A stretch of DNA of 64,000 nucleotides from Deltaproteobacteria bacterium (GCA_030272815.1 JAJSZT010000001.1:38337-102336), one strand, 5' to 3'; shown: positions 47,142 through 57,380, counted from the stretch's first letter. Notes: generated from the letters alone by a model not told the origin. A program made the numbers and translations.

Positions 47142-47512
47142 TATATCACCTCCTTTCCGAGTTCTTTCTTGATAAGCTCCTTTAAGTATTTCATATCCAC
47201 CGGCTTTGACAAATAATCCGTGCAGCCCATGCGCTCTGCGATCTGTTTTTTACCCCACGCGGGATAGGCTGATATCATAATCACCGGTATTTGCCTGTTA
47301 ATGCCCTTGAGCTTTTCCAGCACCTCAATTCCGTCCATCTCCGGCATGCAAACATCGACGACAGCCAGGTCAAAGGGCCTGTCTGCGGCAAGTCGAAGCG
47401 CCGCCGCTCCTGAGCCTGCGCACTCAACATCGTAACCCGCTTTGCCCAGCACGCGTTTTAAGAGCACCTGCATGTTCTCCTCATCATCAACAACTAAGAT
47501 CTTGTGCGTCAT
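47141..47512 (-). CDS. single-domain response regulator
   Basis: ILVVDDEEN, FDLAVVDVCMPEMDG and TDYLSKP. 123 aa. Confidence 0.85.
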   Translation of the reverse strand: MTHKILVVDDEENMQVLLKRVLGKAGYDVECAGSGAAALRLAADRPFDLAVVDVCMPEMDGIEVLEKLKGINRQIPVIMISAYPAWGKKQIAERMGCTDYLSKPVDMKYLKELIKKELGKEVI

Positions 47513-47601
47513 GAGCCTTTTCCGAATGAGGCAGTTTTAAAACGTTTAATTTTGTCCAGGGTGATGAAAGCTGAAAAGAGACAACCGTTACCAGATATGT
47601 A

Positions 47602-47763
47602 ATTAGTGCCTGAACGAAAACCTCCTGAATTACGTTTTTCCTGTCATTGCGAGGGAGGTACGACCGAAGCAATCTCCATGAAACAAGGGGATTGCTTCGT
47701 CGTTCGTTCCTCACTCCTCGCAATGACCGCTCGGAAACAGGGGTTTTCGTTCAGGCACTAATT
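47602..47763. repeat. family C palindrome with a nested family E palindrome
   Basis: Outer arms are ttagtgcctgaacgaaaac and gttttcgttcaggcactaa. The inner hairpin is gtcattgcgaggg...cctcgcaatgac (47643..47727). Half arms lie at ~16665, ~39577 and ~63205. Confidence 0.8.
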
Positions 47764-47990
47764 AGTCAACAACCTGAACCAGGCACTTATCTTGTTTATA
47801 GGTGTAGCAGGAAGTATGCCAGCGAAGGTGTATTGGCGATGGTGAAATGATAACTTATTGTATTAGTGATAAATTATGATTTTATGAGTCAGGTCGGCAC
47901 GGTAGTGGGGAGGTGTGTTTTTCCGTATACGATTTGGACGGTGTCTATTTATTTGGACACTGTCCAAATATGCTCGTTCATCAAGACATG

Positions 47991-48557
47991 TTACTCAGCA
48001 TCAGAATGATATTTCTTGATGCATTCGGGACATATTCCGTGAGAAAAATCTACTCCCGACATTTTTTGGTTGAAATACTCTTCAATAGAAACCCATGCAC
48101 ACTTATTGTGTTCTCTCTCATAACGTATTTTCTTGCAATGCATGCATATCGGAAGATTAGATTCGTATATCTGCAGGCGTCTTTCAGCTCTTTTCAATTG
48201 TATGGCTCTTTCAATAACAAAAAGAAGCGCTTTCCCAAGATTCTCTGTCTTTTCAGCGACAAAATCATCCGCTCCGATCCGCATCGCCTCAACCGCTGTC
48301 TCAACACTTTCTGTGTTGGACAAAATTACAATGGGAACACAATTATTTCGAATCCTGATATTTTCTATCAATTCCAGGCCGTTCATCTTCGGGATGTTTA
48401 AGCCTGTGACAAGAATATCATATTTCAGCCCTGTCACGTTTTGTAGAGCGGCTTTACCATGCTTCACGCATGTAACCTCATACCCGCCGACTTCAAGGAA
48501 AGATGTAACTGTACGGACGATTGAGGGAGATTCATGGACAAGCAATGATTGTTTCAT
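47991..48557 (-). CDS. pseudo-receiver protein with C-terminal Cys-rich (CxxC...HGICPEC) domain
   Basis: Receiver-like fold, but the acidic pair reads HE and the phospho-acceptor position reads Gly (YDILVTGLNIPKMNG). Tail: CMHCKKIRYEREHNKCAWVSIEEYF...FSHGICPECIKKY. ATG 48557 is preferred over TTG 48596. Confidence 0.7.
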   Translation of the reverse strand: MKQSLLVHESPSIVRTVTSFLEVGGYEVTCVKHGKAALQNVTGLKYDILVTGLNIPKMNGLELIENIRIRNNCVPIVILSNTESVETAVEAMRIGADDFVAEKTENLGKALLFVIERAIQLKRAERRLQIYESNLPICMHCKKIRYEREHNKCAWVSIEEYFNQKMSGVDFSHGICPECIKKYHSDAE

Positions 48558-48576
48558 AATGATGACTGGTATCCTT

Positions 48577-49953
48577 TTATGCTTTCCCAATTCCAAGAGC
48601 GCATATTTTATTATATAATGAACTTCGACTTATTCCAAGAATCCTGGCGGCCCTTGTCTTATTGCCGCTTGTCTCCTCCAATGCCTTTAATATAGCTTTC
48701 TTTTCCGCCTCCCGGCCAGCGGCCTTGATTACGGTTTTGAACGGTTCCAACTGCTTGGTTTTATAGGGCATCATTTGCCTGACAGGCAATGGCAGCGAAG
48801 CTTCATCAATAAGTGGGCCAGCGCTTAGAAGTACCGCACGTTCCATGACGTTTTCAAGCTCTCTGACATTTCCAGGCCACGGATTTTGCATAATGGCATG
48901 CATGGCATCCGGCGTGATATCGGAAAGTTTTTTGTCATAAATCGCAGCATATTTTCGCATAAAGTGATATGCCAGCATAGTGATATCAGACCTTCTTTCC
49001 CTCAACGGAGGCAGATCGACGGTGACCACAGCCAGCCGGTAGTAAAGATCCCTTCGGAATTTCCCCTCATGCATGGCCTCCTCAAGGTCTATGCTTGTGG
49101 CTGCTACCACCCGCACATCTCCTTTAATACTCGTAACACTGCCTACCGGTCTTACCTCTTTTTCCTGAAGCACACGGAGCAGATTCAACTGCATGGCTTG
49201 AGAGATGGTCCCGATTTCATCCAGGAAAAGCGTGCCCTTATCTGCCGCAATAAACAGCCCTTTTTTATCTTTAACCGCTCCGGTAAAGGCCCCCTTGACA
49301 TGGCCGAAGAGTTCACTTTGCAAAAGATGTTCCGGGAAAACACCGCAATCCACAGCAATAAAAGGTTTGTCTCTCCGGCCGCTCAGGTCGTGGATAAGCC
49401 GGGCGATCAACTCCTTGCCGGTACCGCTTTCTCCCTGGATCAGGACTGTCGCCTGGCTGTCTGCCACCCTGGCAACGAGTTTCAACACATCCCGCATGGC
49501 TTTGCTCTTTCCAATAATCTTTTTAACTCCATCTTTGTCTTTCAGCTTTTCGCGGAGTCGTTTGACCTCATTACGAAGTTCGCAATATTTTAAGGCCTTG
49601 CCCGTTACCAGAAGAATATCATCTTTGCGGAAGGGCTTGGTCAGATAGTCGAATGCACCTGTCTTCATAGCCTCAACCGCAGATTCGATAGTGCCATAGG
49701 CCGTGATTACAATAAAAGGAATGTCCGAATATCCGGCTTTTACCTCCTTTAACAGGTCCATGCCGCCAAGCTCAGGCATCAAAAGATCAGAAAATATTAG
49801 ATCAAAGTCATTCTTTTCCAATAGACTGATTGCCTCGGTTCCACTGGCCGCGGTTCGCACCTCATGGCCTTGCCTTGTGAGAATTTTTTCAAACAGCTTG
49901 AGCATGTGTTGCTCATCATCCACCACTAAAATCTTTGCCAACACCGTATCCAC
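48577..49953 (-). CDS. NtrC-type sigma-54-dependent response regulator
   Basis: Receiver (ILVVDDEQH, FDLIFSDLLMPELGG), AAA+ (GESGTGKELIARLIH, GAFTGA) and a C-terminal HTH (KTRAARILGISRSSLYNKI). Confidence 0.9.
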   Translation of the reverse strand: MDTVLAKILVVDDEQHMLKLFEKILTRQGHEVRTAASGTEAISLLEKNDFDLIFSDLLMPELGGMDLLKEVKAGYSDIPFIVITAYGTIESAVEAMKTGAFDYLTKPFRKDDILLVTGKALKYCELRNEVKRLREKLKDKDGVKKIIGKSKAMRDVLKLVARVADSQATVLIQGESGTGKELIARLIHDLSGRRDKPFIAVDCGVFPEHLLQSELFGHVKGAFTGAVKDKKGLFIAADKGTLFLDEIGTISQAMQLNLLRVLQEKEVRPVGSVTSIKGDVRVVAATSIDLEEAMHEGKFRRDLYYRLAVVTVDLPPLRERRSDITMLAYHFMRKYAAIYDKKLSDITPDAMHAIMQNPWPGNVRELENVMERAVLLSAGPLIDEASLPLPVRQMMPYKTKQLEPFKTVIKAAGREAEKKAILKALEETSGNKTRAARILGISRSSLYNKICALGIGKA

Positions 49954-49954
49954 C

Positions 49955-51070
49955 TCAATCTTTTATCGGAAAATAAAGGCTGCATATAGTTCCTGCCTCC
50001 TTTCGATTCTCTATTTCAATTTTTCCTTTGTGGTCTTCCATGATACGCTGACAAACAGAGAGACCCAATCCTGTCCCCTTGCTCCCCTTGGTAGTAAAAA
50101 AGGGATCAAAGACACGATGAAGAGTGTTTTCGGATATCCCGTTACCTGTATCTGATATGCTGATCCGAATCCAATCGCCGGGTTCCAGTAACTGCTCTTT
50201 GTGTACAAGACTAATACCAAAGGCAAGAACACCTGCGTCAGGCATTGCTTGAATAGCATTAATCATAATATTAAGAAAAACTTGCTGGATAAGCTGCGGA
50301 TCAACCTTGATGGTGGGAAGTTCCATTTCAAAATCCCTTTTGATACTCACCTTATTTTTCTTGATTCTTGGGGTCAGTAATACAATTGAACCTTCAAGAA
50401 GTTCAACGATGTCCACAGAAATTCTCTCAGGGGGCTTTAACCTGGCAAAGTCCAAAAGGTTTTTTACCACGTCTACACACCTGGCTGTCTCTTTTTCGAT
50501 AATTTTGATCGGTTCATTCAAAGGATCATTCAAAGGAATCTCATCTAACATATCCTGGACAAACCCGAGGATAATGCCAAGGGGATTGTTGATTTCGTGA
50601 GCAATGCCCGCGGCCAGCTCACCCATGAACGCAACCTTGCTGGATCGATGAAGCTGATCCTGCAACATATTTCGCTCTACAAGCAGCCTGCGGTATCGCT
50701 CCTCATCTTCCCGTGTTTTTACTTCCCGGATCCGCCTGGAGGTTACATCCCTTACAATTATAAGGAGATGCGGTGCCTGCCGGTAACGAAAGGGGGCAAA
50801 AGAGACATTTGCCGTAAATATCTCATCATTTTTTTGCTGAAGATCAATATCAACCTCGGTTGTTCTTTTGATATCAGGCAAACACGAGAAAATATATCGG
50901 TCTTGTTCATAAGGCGCGCACAGATCTCGCAGGTTGCTCTTCAAAAATTCCCGCCGGGTATACCCCATAAACTTTTCCAACCATTTGTTGGCAAAAATTA
51001 TCCGGCCTTTGCTGTCTGCGATCAACAGGGGAAGGCGCGCCTCTTCAATCATAGTCTTAAACAACGGCAT
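49955..51070 (-). CDS. PAS sensor histidine kinase
   Basis: PAS (PLLIADSKGRIIFANKWLEKFMGY), H-box IAHEINNP, and DTGNGI plus GTGLGLS boxes. Its stop abuts the NtrC-type gene start. Confidence 0.85.
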   Translation of the reverse strand: MPLFKTMIEEARLPLLIADSKGRIIFANKWLEKFMGYTRREFLKSNLRDLCAPYEQDRYIFSCLPDIKRTTEVDIDLQQKNDEIFTANVSFAPFRYRQAPHLLIIVRDVTSRRIREVKTREDEERYRRLLVERNMLQDQLHRSSKVAFMGELAAGIAHEINNPLGIILGFVQDMLDEIPLNDPLNEPIKIIEKETARCVDVVKNLLDFARLKPPERISVDIVELLEGSIVLLTPRIKKNKVSIKRDFEMELPTIKVDPQLIQQVFLNIMINAIQAMPDAGVLAFGISLVHKEQLLEPGDWIRISISDTGNGISENTLHRVFDPFFTTKGSKGTGLGLSVCQRIMEDHKGKIEIENRKEAGTICSLYFPIKD

Positions 51071-51266
51071 CTCCGTATCTTAGGGATTCACAAAAAAATT
51101 ACTATACAACACCCCGGCATAACCTTGCAACAGGCAAAACCGGCAATCTTTCCACAAAAAACGATTTTTCTCATGACTCGATCTTTTTCTTGCATTAAAG
51201 CTATTTCCGATTATAATTTCGGAAAGAGTCGTAACAGTTCAGCCCTATGTGGCAAAATTGTAATGG

Positions 51267-51524
51267 CTCACCGCAGAGACGCAGAGGGCGCAGAGGGAAG
51301 ATAATTTTTCCTTTGCCGTTGAGAGGACGGCAAAGGAAAACTACTCAGCAGCTTTGCTGCACAACAATTTAACTTTAATGCTCTATTGTTCATTGCCTTA
51401 CCATTACGAGGTGCTACGGAATGCCCCAAAGGGGCTGGTTCTTATTGTTTTCCGTCCTCTCAACGGAAAGCAATAAAAAACAACCTCTGCGTCCTCTGCG
51501 TCTTGAGCGAAGCGGGCGGTGAAC
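51267..51524. repeat. family I nested palindrome (caccgcagagacgcagagggcgcagagg ... cctctgcgtcctctgcgtc...ggcggtgaac)
   Basis: Outer arms are tandem gcagagg motifs. The inner pair is ccgttgagaggacgg / ccgtcctctcaacgg. Confidence 0.75.
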
Positions 51525-51701
51525 TATTACTCATAAAGATGACCCCAAATGAATCTCCAAAACCGACTTAAAGAGACCTTTGAAAAATGTTCAATTTTGT
51601 TCAAGTTCAAGGAAGGCGAAAATTTTAAATGCAGGAATACATTGAGTATTTTGAGGCTTAAAATTTGAGACTGACGCCGAAATTGGGCAAAAGGGGGCGT
51701 T

Positions 51702-53018
51702 TTGCAAAGGTCTCTTAAACTCACCAGAGTTGCTCTGATAATTGTCTGGAGTATCAGTTTTTTCTGTTTTGTTCTGACACTGATGACAGGCATGAGATCA
51801 CCCTATGCCGGGCCAAATAGCTTTGTTTGGCTTCAAAGTCTTGGCATTTTTACTTTACTTTTAGGAATAGGAGGCTGTTTATGTTATGGCCGATGGCGCT
51901 TTCGCAGCCTTCAAAATCAAATTTCAGACCAATCGAAAGAAATCAAACGATCTAAGGAGAGATATCGGATTTTGGTGGAAAGCGCTGAAGACTTTATCTT
52001 TACAGTAGATCGCTCCGGACGCTTTCGATCTCTCAACAGTTTTACCGCTGCTTTTTTTGGAGGAGTCCCTTCGCAATTTATAGGCCGGTCGCTTTCAGAT
52101 TTTTTTTCACAAGAAGTTGCCGGAGAACAACTCAAGCTTATCAAATCGGTGTTCCAGTTTGGAAAAAGCATGCGGGATGAGTTTATGATAGCCAGAGGGG
52201 AATATCAGATATGGCTCAGTGCTAACTTTATGCCACGCAAGGACGAGAAAGGCAATGTAATCTCGGTTCTGTGCATTGCCAGAGATATTACAGAAAGCAA
52301 GAAGCTGGAAAACCAGCTTATTAATACTGAAAAACTTGCTTCAATGGGAACCTTAGCTGCGGGAGTTGCACACGAGATCAACAACCCGCTTGGTATTATC
52401 CTGGGTTTTACCGATCTTCTTCTGGAAAAATGTGAAAAAAACAGTCAGGGTTATCAAGACCTGAAAACAATTGAACGCCAAGGCCTTCATTGCAAGGCAG
52501 TAGTGGAAAACCTGCTGAGATTTGCCCGTCATGGAGAGGGCATTTACGAACACTGTGATATCAATGAATCTATCAGAAATATCATGGACGTGGTTAAACA
52601 CTCATTGGACATGAACGATATTGAGCTTCGATTGAGTCTCGCGCCTGATCTTCCTGAAGTTAAAGGTGATTTACGACAAATGCAGCAGGTAATACTGAAC
52701 CTGGTCAATAACGCAACGGCTGCAATGAAAAATGGAGGTGTCTTGTGGATAAGTTCAGTTCTTGATGCTAATAATGAAAAGGTTGTTGTAATTGTTCGCG
52801 ATAATGGACATGGTATCCCGCCTGAATACATGGATAAAATTTTTGATCCATTTTTTACGACAAAGAGTGAAGGGGAAGGCACGGGTTTGGGTCTCTCTGT
52901 AACTCATGGAATTATAAGTAAATATGAGGGAACCATTTCCTGTGAGAGCAATACAGCTAACTCCGGCAACAACCCCCAAGGAACTACTTTTAAAATCACA
53001 CTCAGGATTAGGGATTGA
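51702..53018 (+). CDS. membrane PAS sensor histidine kinase
   Basis: Two N-terminal TM segments, PAS ([21 protein letters not shown]), H-box VAHEINNP and GTGLGLS. The TTG start at 51702 lies inside a palindromic repeat arm, so the true start is uncertain. Confidence 0.8.
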   Translation: MQRSLKLTRVALIIVWSISFFCFVLTLMTGMRSPYAGPNSFVWLQSLGIFTLLLGIGGCLCYGRWRFRSLQNQISDQSKEIKRSKERYRILVESAEDFIFTVDRSGRFRSLNSFTAAFFGGVPSQFIGRSLSDFFSQEVAGEQLKLIKSVFQFGKSMRDEFMIARGEYQIWLSANFMPRKDEKGNVISVLCIARDITESKKLENQLINTEKLASMGTLAAGVAHEINNPLGIILGFTDLLLEKCEKNSQGYQDLKTIERQGLHCKAVVENLLRFARHGEGIYEHCDINESIRNIMDVVKHSLDMNDIELRLSLAPDLPEVKGDLRQMQQVILNLVNNATAAMKNGGVLWISSVLDANNEKVVVIVRDNGHGIPPEYMDKIFDPFFTTKSEGEGTGLGLSVTHGIISKYEGTISCESNTANSGNNPQGTTFKITLRIRD

Positions 53019-53032
53019 GTTAGGAACTAATT

Positions 53033-54424
53033 ATGGATGGAAGGATTTTAATAGTTGACGATGAAAAGGATATGCTTGTCCTTTTAAAAAGAATAATTGA
53101 AGAAAAAACCAACCATATTGTTGAAACAGAATACGATCCTTTGAAGGTCGTAGAACTGTTGAGAAAACAGCAATTTGATATCATAATAACTGATTTGAAA
53201 ATGCCGAAAATGGATGGGATAGCCATCCTTGATATGGTAAAAAATATTCAGTCCTCTGCTATTGTGGTAATTATGACAGCATATGCCACCATTGAAACCG
53301 CTGTAGAAGCAACCAGAAAAGGGGCTTTTGACTATATATCCAAACCCTTTCGTAAAGAACGGATACTTATAACAATTGATAAGGCCATGGAATGGCAAAA
53401 GCTCACACAAGAAAATATAACTCTGAGAAATTCCCTCCAGCAGAAAAAAGGATTTCTTCCTATTATTGGTTCCAGCCCCCCTATTATGTCAATTATAAAA
53501 ATGATCGATCAGGTGGCCAAATCAACAGCTACGATTCTTATAAGCGGAGAAAGCGGTACCGGTAAAGAACTGGCGGCAAGAGCTGTTCATTATTCAAGCC
53601 ATCGCAAAGACAAGCCTTTCATAACAGTAAACTGTACTGCCATGCCTGAACAAATAATAGAAAGCGAGCTTTTTGGGCACATCAAGGGTTCATTTACAGG
53701 AGCATGGAAAGATAAGAGAGGAATAGTTGAAGAAGCGGACCAGGGCACTCTCTTCTTAGACGAAATAGGAGATCTGAACATGGCCATGCAGGCTAAATTG
53801 CTTCGGCTCCTGCAAGAAGGGGAATACAAGCCGGTCGGAGGTCTAACAACAAAACAAGCAGATATCCGTTTTGTAGTTGCAACCAACCATGATCTTAAAA
53901 AGCTGATAGAAGCAAAACAATTTCGAGAAGATCTTTTTTACAGGCTTAATGTTATCAATTTACACCTGCCACCCTTAAGGGAAAGAAAAGAAGACATCCC
54001 AATTTTAGCACACCATTTTCTCAAAAAATTCAATTCTTTAAACGATAAAAAAATAAGTGGTATCGAGCCTGAGGCAATATCAGCACTAATGTCTAAAAGC
54101 TGGCCCGGAAATATCAGGGAACTGGAAAACTGTATTGAGCGCGGAGTTATCCTCTGCCAATCCGATACTATTAAAATCTCAGATATCCTGCCACAAGAAC
54201 CTGTAGCGCATACTTCGCCTGTTTTTGATCACAACATTTATACACTTCCATTTAAAGAGGCAAAGGAAATAGTTATAAAGGCTTTTCATAACAAATATAT
54301 TAATTGGATCCTTCAACAAAATAAGGGTAATATTTCCAGGGCTGCCGAGCAGGCTGACCTGCAAAGACAATATCTCCACAGACTCATAAAAGAAGAAAAT
54401 ATTAACGCTGAAATATTTAAGTAA
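53033..54424 (+). CDS. NtrC-type sigma-54-dependent response regulator
   Basis: Receiver (ILIVDDEKD, FDIIITDLKMPKMDG), AAA+ (GESGTGKELAARAVH, GSFTGA) and a C-terminal HTH (ISRAAEQADLQRQYLHRLI). Confidence 0.9.
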   Translation: MDGRILIVDDEKDMLVLLKRIIEEKTNHIVETEYDPLKVVELLRKQQFDIIITDLKMPKMDGIAILDMVKNIQSSAIVVIMTAYATIETAVEATRKGAFDYISKPFRKERILITIDKAMEWQKLTQENITLRNSLQQKKGFLPIIGSSPPIMSIIKMIDQVAKSTATILISGESGTGKELAARAVHYSSHRKDKPFITVNCTAMPEQIIESELFGHIKGSFTGAWKDKRGIVEEADQGTLFLDEIGDLNMAMQAKLLRLLQEGEYKPVGGLTTKQADIRFVVATNHDLKKLIEAKQFREDLFYRLNVINLHLPPLRERKEDIPILAHHFLKKFNSLNDKKISGIEPEAISALMSKSWPGNIRELENCIERGVILCQSDTIKISDILPQEPVAHTSPVFDHNIYTLPFKEAKEIVIKAFHNKYINWILQQNKGNISRAAEQADLQRQYLHRLIKEENINAEIFK

Positions 54425-54436
54425 AATAGTAAAATA

Positions 54437-54494
54437 GGTGGATAGGCTGAAGGCTGAAGGAAGCTTCAACCTTTGGTCTTTAGTCTATCCACCT
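54437..54494. repeat. family B short palindrome
   Basis: ggtggataggctgaaggctgaagg...agtctatccacc. It could double as a terminator hairpin after the NtrC-type gene. Confidence 0.7.
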
Positions 54495-54687
54495 GTAAAC
54501 TAATTATTTCACCACCCTAACTTATTGATATTTCATAATCTATCTGTCAAATCTTCATCCCTGCACACCAATTACTGTAACCTGATAGTTTACAAAAAAA
54601 TTAAAATCCAAACACAATTAATAAAATTGATAAGCAATTAATAATTATTACAGATAATTAAGATTTTATTCCCGCCGTCTGATTTTT

Positions 54688-54703
54688 TGGCACCTGTATT
54701 GCT
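54688..54703 (+). promoter_or_regulatory. sigma-54 promoter (near-consensus)
   Basis: TGGCACCTGTATTGCT equals TGGCAC-N5-TTGCT. It sits ~100 nt upstream of the CBS gene, downstream of an AT-rich tract and the NtrC-type gene. Confidence 0.8.
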
Positions 54704-54805
54704 TCTAAATCATCTGATATCTTACTACTGTAATGCTTTAGCTTTATAAAACAAATAAGCTGGGCAATGAGCTTCAGGTGTAATCAATTTCAAAACAGGA
54801 ATATA

Positions 54806-55078
54806 ATGGAAAAACTCAAGGTTAAAGATATTACTCTCCTCATGGATGAAAATCTTTCTACCAGACCATCTGTTTCTGTAGAGGACAAGATTACAGATGC
54901 AATTGAAGTCATGCTTAAAAATGACCTCGACCGCATTGCCGTGACAAGCAAAGATAAAATCCTCGGCATGATAAAGCTTAAAGATGCGTTTAAAGTAATT
55001 GGATTAGAAGACGACCTGAAAAAAAAAGCAGCAAAGATTATTATCAGACATGGACGTAAAATTATAATAGAGCAATAA
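54806..55078 (+). CDS. small single-CBS-motif protein
   Basis: VKDITLLMDENLSTRPSVSVEDKITDAIEVMLKNDLDRIAVTSKDKILGMIKLKD, then a basic tail. ATG 54806 is preferred over 54767. Confidence 0.65.
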   Translation: MEKLKVKDITLLMDENLSTRPSVSVEDKITDAIEVMLKNDLDRIAVTSKDKILGMIKLKDAFKVIGLEDDLKKKAAKIIIRHGRKIIIEQ

Positions 55079-55087
55079 GCATATTTT

Positions 55088-55164
55088 GTAATTACTCAGG
55101 TTGGTTAGGCTGAAGTCTGTTTCCTTCAGCCTACAGCCTTCAGTCTAAACACCTGAGTAGCTAC
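55088..55164. repeat. family B palindrome
   Basis: gtaattactcaggttggttaggctgaag...cttcagcctacagccttcagtctaaacacctgagtagctac. Confidence 0.75.
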
Positions 55165-55350
55165 CAATAAAGAAGGGAGGGGGGGTTAAATTATTGAATT
55201 CATCATTTTGAATAACTAACTGACATTGAACATAATTATAAAAACCTAAATTGAACGATTTTTTACTCGACCTGTACCAATCTCTTGCGCATTTCTTTGC
55301 AAAAAATCGCTCAACTTAGGTAAAACCAGCGGAAAAGGAGAAATATTGCT

Positions 55351-56637
55351 ATGAATTTCTTTAAACAATTGGGCAGTTTTATGATGATGGGCGCAAGAGC
55401 CCATGCAAAATGGGAGCTTAATGTTTCCAATACAATACTTGGTGACAGAAAGCGGCTTCTTATACTGGGCCTGCTTACCATTCCCGTTATATTGGGAAGT
55501 ATTGCATTTGCTGATCAGGTGGGCGGAGCCCTTCCTGAACTGCTTGGCGGGAAAAAGGCTTACAGCCCGGCTTTTTACAGTACAGGCATCTTTATCGTAT
55601 CAATCCTTATTGGAATGGGTGCGGGCCTGATTACCGGCTGTATCGGTGCTGGTGGTGGTTTTATCATCGCTCCAGCCCTGATGAGCGCAGGGATCAAAGG
55701 TATCCTTGCAGTTGGAACCGATCTCTTTCACATCTTTGCCAAGGCGATAATGGGAAGCGTAATTCACAGGAAGTTGGGAAACGTATCAGTACCTTTGGCC
55801 ATAGTCTTCCTTATAGGTGCCATCATAGGAGCCACGGCCGGCGGAGTTCTTAACCGCGTACTTTACGAAATTAACCCTGTACTCAGCGATGCCTTTATCA
55901 CAACTGTCTATTCACTTATGCTGGGTTTTCTGGGTATTTATTCTTTGATAGACTTTCTTAAGGCCAGAAAGGCCCCTGGTGCAGCAGATGAGGGTGCACA
56001 TGGCGGAAAAAGCGAAGGCGCTGATATGGGCGGCCTTCCTAAAAAACTTCAGGCCGTGAAAATACCTCCTTTGGTCAAATTTGATTTTGATCTTGTACCG
56101 GGAGGCAGAGGCATTTCATGGGTATTTTTAGTACTCAGCGGCGCGCTTGTAGGACTTGCTGCAGGTATTATGGGTGTTGGCGGAGGATTTTTGACGTTCC
56201 CCATATTCGTTTATGTTCTTGGCGTTTCATCAATGACCACAGTTGGAACCGATATCTTTCAGATCGTTTTCACAGCAGGTTATGCATCAATAAGCCAGTA
56301 TGCTATTTACGGCTTTATCTTTTATACGCTCGCTATGGGCATGCTCCTTGGCTCCCTTCTGGGAATCCAGATAGGTGCACTGGTAACAAAGGTCGTTCCT
56401 GGCATCACGATCAGAGGCTTTTATGCAATGGCAGTTTTGGCTGGTTTCATTAACCGTATCTTTGCCCTGCCCGCAAAACTGAATGCAATGGATGTTATTA
56501 AAATAGACCCGGGAACCGCAAGCGTACTTGAAAGTATAGGTGTCTGGGCATTCTTCATTGTAATAGGTGTATTTTCAGTCTGGGTAATTGGAACGTTTCT
56601 GACCAACATTCCAAAACTTAAGGGAGAGGAGGTGTAA
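55351..56637 (+). CDS. TauE/SafE (TSUP, DUF81) family anion exporter-like membrane protein, enlarged
   Basis: Duplicated GxGGG motifs (GCIGAGGGFIIAPALM and GIMGVGGGFLTFPIF) typical of TSUP proteins. At 428 aa it has a central Gly/Ala-rich loop. Confidence 0.7.
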   Translation: MNFFKQLGSFMMMGARAHAKWELNVSNTILGDRKRLLILGLLTIPVILGSIAFADQVGGALPELLGGKKAYSPAFYSTGIFIVSILIGMGAGLITGCIGAGGGFIIAPALMSAGIKGILAVGTDLFHIFAKAIMGSVIHRKLGNVSVPLAIVFLIGAIIGATAGGVLNRVLYEINPVLSDAFITTVYSLMLGFLGIYSLIDFLKARKAPGAADEGAHGGKSEGADMGGLPKKLQAVKIPPLVKFDFDLVPGGRGISWVFLVLSGALVGLAAGIMGVGGGFLTFPIFVYVLGVSSMTTVGTDIFQIVFTAGYASISQYAIYGFIFYTLAMGMLLGSLLGIQIGALVTKVVPGITIRGFYAMAVLAGFINRIFALPAKLNAMDVIKIDPGTASVLESIGVWAFFIVIGVFSVWVIGTFLTNIPKLKGEEV

Positions 56638-56639
56638 TT

Positions 56640-57326
56640 ATGATTGCTAATAAAAAAGAATTTTACGGGGGTTTTGGATTATTGGTGGGTTTTTTTGTTA
56701 TCTTGTTTATAATATTTTCACCTGTCTTTAATGGACAGAACGGCATGGAATATCTGGATGATCTGTATAACTCCATTTCCAAAGGTTCAGCCAACTATAT
56801 CCCTAAGGTAAAAAAAGAAACAGATACGTTTAAGGGGAATACTGTAAACATGGCCCTGAAAATGGCGGACGAAAACCAGGCGCAACAGACAGCCATGCTG
56901 TTTACAAATGCTGGAGCAACAGCGGAAGTATCAGGAGCCCAGCTAAATGTATCCGGCGATCTCGGCAATATCCTTACAAACTGTCTAGAAGATTCAAAGA
57001 GCATGTATAATAATGACGGAGCAACGGTCTCAAACAAATATGGCTACAATGAGAGACAGGTTCTTTATAACTGGCATACGGCTCTAAAGGCAGCAGATAA
57101 AGACTTGAAAAAGCAGAAGCTGTTCAAAGAAGCCAAAGTAGTTGCATTGGTTATAAAGAAGGTTGTTGAAACTTCTTATAACTACTATACAATTGAACCA
57201 CAAAAAATTACCGACAAAATGGGAATCGTTATATTTTCTCTAGTCTTTTATGTATGTTACACGCTGTGGTATGGTTTTGCCATTCTTTTCATGTTTGAAG
57301 GATGGGGCCTGAGGCTGGAACATTAA
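56640..57326 (+). CDS. hypothetical membrane protein
   Basis: 228 aa, starting 2 nt after the TauE-like stop. One N-terminal TM and two C-terminal TM segments. No family recognised. Confidence 0.5.
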   Translation: MIANKKEFYGGFGLLVGFFVILFIIFSPVFNGQNGMEYLDDLYNSISKGSANYIPKVKKETDTFKGNTVNMALKMADENQAQQTAMLFTNAGATAEVSGAQLNVSGDLGNILTNCLEDSKSMYNNDGATVSNKYGYNERQVLYNWHTALKAADKDLKKQKLFKEAKVVALVIKKVVETSYNYYTIEPQKITDKMGIVIFSLVFYVCYTLWYGFAILFMFEGWGLRLEH

Positions 57327-57351
57327 ACCAATTAACATCATATACATTTAA

Positions 57352-57380
57352 TTGCAGGGCCATATTTGGCCCTGCAATTT
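57352..57380 (+). terminator. rho-independent terminator candidate
   Basis: Perfect 10-bp stem ttgcagggcc / ggccctgcaa with a 6-nt loop, then ttt. It lies 25 nt after the stop at 57326. Confidence 0.55.

Noticed and set aside
47913-48618. 162-aa and 161-aa plus-strand ORFs
   Set aside because: They are antisense to the pseudo-receiver gene. No RBS or motifs are present.
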